47,157 nt of DNA from a virus. Its lineage: Duplodnaviria > Caudoviricetes. How positions within the stretch are numbered: position 1 is the first letter of the stretch; the number at the start of each line of letters is the position of its first letter. A program made the translations under genes and the position numbers. Shown here one piece after another: positions 44,731-47,157 of the stretch. The DNA is taken from the IMG/VR virus record IMGVR_UViG_3300020045_002575, positions 1 through 47,157 of that record; one strand, 5' to 3'. The notes beneath the pieces are model-generated. The model worked only from the letters and a program-made list of their open reading frames with translations. It ran no database searches and was not told the origin of the DNA.

Positions 44731-46887
44731 TTAAATACAAATATTTCCTGTTGAATCTGTATATCCTTCGTTGTTATTTGAAACAATTTCTTTTGCGCAA
44801 ATTAACTGAACACCATCGCTTGATCCGACCGTTATTGTCATTAACAAATTATTACAATCTATGTATTCAACAATATGTTCGGCGGATGAATAGATCGGCG
44901 GATAAATCGCGTATTCTTGACAATTTAGCGGACTACAAGTCGAAACACCATTTGTCGCGACGATACTTGACGCCACAATTTCTTGACAACCGTTTGACAT
45001 CGATCCAACAATGAAACGATTTTGAACACCATTTGCGTCCAAATAATCAACCCAACAATTAATTTGCGGATTTACGACAACGGACGATCCTTGATAAAAG
45101 AAAGATTGTGTCGGAAAAGTTTCCGTTTTCAAGTACTGCAAAACATTTGAATAAACTTCAACCGAACTTGCGTTCAATGCCTTCAACCTGAATTCGTTCA
45201 AATTGGCATTCAAACCAAATGTCGTCACGGATCCAATCGGGGCGGAATCATCAACCCAAACAATGTTTTTTCTTTGCCACGTCACGCCCGTAACTGGATA
45301 AAATGCACCGTTGTAAAATATCGTTTCGGTTGCTAAAGTTCCATTTCTTGATTCGGTCGTCTTGGTGTCGTTCCACGAAATTTCGGTGAAATTACCGGTC
45401 GAAATCGGTTGCGGACAAATTCCGGACATCGCCCAACCCGTCCCGGACAAAGGCGCGGTCACGCGGACGGTTGCGGTTGTCGGGAACGCTTGCGATTTCA
45501 CGAAATTCAATATTCCGGATCCATTTCCCGGATTTGCTGTATTTATTTGCGATGGCGGAACTCCAAGGTTGATCAATTGTTGGTTATAATAAGTGTCGCC
45601 TACAAAACCGGTTGAAAAAATTTGACCATTCCATTCGATTTCAAATTTGTCCGGCACGCCATAAGCGTCATAATTTATCCCACAAGTTCCAATGTCGGTT
45701 CCGAAATCGATTTGAAATTCGAAAACACCGGATTCGCCGGAATAAGAAAATGATTGATCACAACCGATCACCGTTTGAAGGGAAACACCACCGGTCAATC
45801 CGAACAAGAATCCGTCTTCGTCTGACTGGATCTTGGTGATCGGATTCGTCGCCAATTGGTCTTGGTAATAGAATGATTTTTGGCAATTTTTGGAATCCCA
45901 AACGATCGTATATTTTCGATATAAATCCGGCGAATTGAAGACGTTCGAATCCAAGTTATTCACAAGTACGCTGAACACTACTTTCAAGTTTTTTGAATAA
46001 TCGATGTCTATAAAAAACGCGCCTTTTTTAGACAACAATTGACCGTTGAAAACGGAAGGTTTTTCCAATCCCAAAGAAAGGATCCCGGATCCATAATCTG
46101 ACCCGCTTTGGGTTGCCGTCGGCTTTCCGCCGTGAAACGAATTGACCGTGTCGAATACCAAACCCAATTCATCCGAAAACGGGTTGAAAGTGTTTGGCGA
46201 CGCGTTGTCCGAAACCCGGTTGGATCCATCGATTCCCGATTTCGCGAACAACCAGTCCGCCAATGGATTTCCGCCGACGGAAGTGTTTTCCGAAAAGAAC
46301 GCCGGCGTCAAGGTTTCGACGTCGTCGATTTTCCATTCCAACAACTGGATCCCGGACGATTCAGAAACCAAAGATTTTTCAAACAATTGGTCGATCACGA
46401 AATATGTTCGGATGTTGTCTTCGCAAAAAGTGGAATCGTGACATTTCAGGTAATCCAACAACAATTGGTTTTGGAACCCTTCCAATAAAGATACTTTCAA
46501 AGAAATGTTCCCGGCGATTGATTCATATTTGTACACTCGATCAAAATTATATTCAACCAGTTCGCCCGGCAAAATCCCTTCATAATACACCGTGAATTGA
46601 TCAATCAACACGGTTCCGGCATAAACACCAAACACGACATTGATTTTGTCGTGTGTGGATGTTTGCGGACGGAATAGATCCATATTAATTCGAAGACGGA
46701 TCCGGTTGTTGACTGGATCCAAAACACCAAGTCCGCGTCGGAAGACACTCGATGAATTTTCGGGAACCAACCGCAATTGTCCGCCAATGGTTTCGATTGG
46801 TGTGGACGTGGTGTTCAACCAATTGAATTCGTCGTTGGTTGTCGAAAAGTCGACAACCAAAATTTCATTTATATTTTCATCACACAT
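44731..46887 (-). CDS. Tail-associated multidomain protein (718 aa)
   Basis: Downstream of the fibre; YDAYGVPDKFEIEWNG..STGFVG module; Cys-containing C-terminal repeats. Confidence 0.6.
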   Translation of the reverse strand: MCDENINEILVVDFSTTNDEFNWLNTTSTPIETIGGQLRLVPENSSSVFRRGLGVLDPVNNRIRLRINMDLFRPQTSTHDKINVVFGVYAGTVLIDQFTVYYEGILPGELVEYNFDRVYKYESIAGNISLKVSLLEGFQNQLLLDYLKCHDSTFCEDNIRTYFVIDQLFEKSLVSESSGIQLLEWKIDDVETLTPAFFSENTSVGGNPLADWLFAKSGIDGSNRVSDNASPNTFNPFSDELGLVFDTVNSFHGGKPTATQSGSDYGSGILSLGLEKPSVFNGQLLSKKGAFFIDIDYSKNLKVVFSVLVNNLDSNVFNSPDLYRKYTIVWDSKNCQKSFYYQDQLATNPITKIQSDEDGFLFGLTGGVSLQTVIGCDQSFSYSGESGVFEFQIDFGTDIGTCGINYDAYGVPDKFEIEWNGQIFSTGFVGDTYYNQQLINLGVPPSQINTANPGNGSGILNFVKSQAFPTTATVRVTAPLSGTGWAMSGICPQPISTGNFTEISWNDTKTTESRNGTLATETIFYNGAFYPVTGVTWQRKNIVWVDDSAPIGSVTTFGLNANLNEFRLKALNASSVEVYSNVLQYLKTETFPTQSFFYQGSSVVVNPQINCWVDYLDANGVQNRFIVGSMSNGCQEIVASSIVATNGVSTCSPLNCQEYAIYPPIYSSAEHIVEYIDCNNLLMTITVGSSDGVQLICAKEIVSNNNEGYTDSTGNICI

Positions 46888-46899
46888 AATTGTAATTTA

Positions 46900-47157
46900 T
46901 TAAGTTAATCGGGTTTTGAAATATCCCGTTGTTGTTTCGATATAAACTTCGCCAATTTGAATCCCACCGGTTCCCGCGTCTGAATCATTGGCGTACGTCG
47001 ATAAATTACCGGTTTTCAATCCGTAAGGCTCGTTAAAACTGTTTTTTACTCCGATGTTGTTTGTAAAATAACTCTTTAATGAAAAAGGACTGATATTCGG
47101 AAATGTTGCCGTTGTGGTTGTTGGGTCGATCACCCCGTTCACTTTTACCAAACAATT
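46900..47157 (-). CDS. 3' end of the origin-spanning tail fibre gene
   Basis: In frame with 4090->1; ends YANDSDAGTGGIQIGEVYIETTTGYFKTRLT*. Confidence 0.85.
   Translation of the reverse strand, partial: NCLVKVNGVIDPTTTTATFPNISPFSLKSYFTNNIGVKNSFNEPYGLKTGNLSTYANDSDAGTGGIQIGEVYIETTTGYFKTRLT
47037..47157. repeat. 121-bp direct terminal repeat, copy 2
   Basis: Identical to 1-121. Confidence 0.95.

Noticed and set aside
1-47157. Stop-codon reassignment
   Set aside because: Genes are intact in code 11, and TAG (6851, 24666, 33143), TGA and TAA all end genes at sensible boundaries
1-47157. Integrase, partition genes, tRNAs, DNA methyltransferase
   Set aside because: No recognisable motifs found by eye; a profile search could still find divergent ones

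Overview
This window is a complete, circularly permuted tailed-phage genome of about 47,036 bp; bases 1-121 equal 47037-47157. It is siphovirus-like, with a tape measure protein, frameshifted tail chaperones and no sheath, and every credible gene lies on the minus strand. The host is most likely Bacteroidota, probably Flavobacteriaceae, judged from TTTG-N19-TAnnTTTG promoters, SD-less A-rich leaders and a Q-rule signal peptide. In transcription order the modules are: (1) early/replication (HTH, RecT, PD-(D/E)xK exonuclease, initiator, DnaC-like loader, RuvC-like, NinG/HNH-like, SSB, DnaQ-like); (2) accessory genes (Topo VI-A/Spo11-like protein, outer-membrane beta-barrel, ASCH); (3) packaging, head and tail; (4) a 1408-aa tail fibre that crosses the window ends and is missing from the ORF track; (5) lysis (holin, GH108 endolysin, u-spanin). 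I found no integrase, methyltransferase, tRNA or CRISPR array. The most interesting signal is non-coding. Three short promoter-to-terminator cassettes would make roughly 60-75 nt RNAs antisense to translation-start regions. One of them carries a hairpin loop and a UUUG seed complementary to repeated elements in the phage's own early-gene leaders, three of which follow promoters sharing an identical palindromic operator. The genome also strongly avoids CAG/CTG and is enriched in GATC. All product calls come from motif recognition only; no searches were run.
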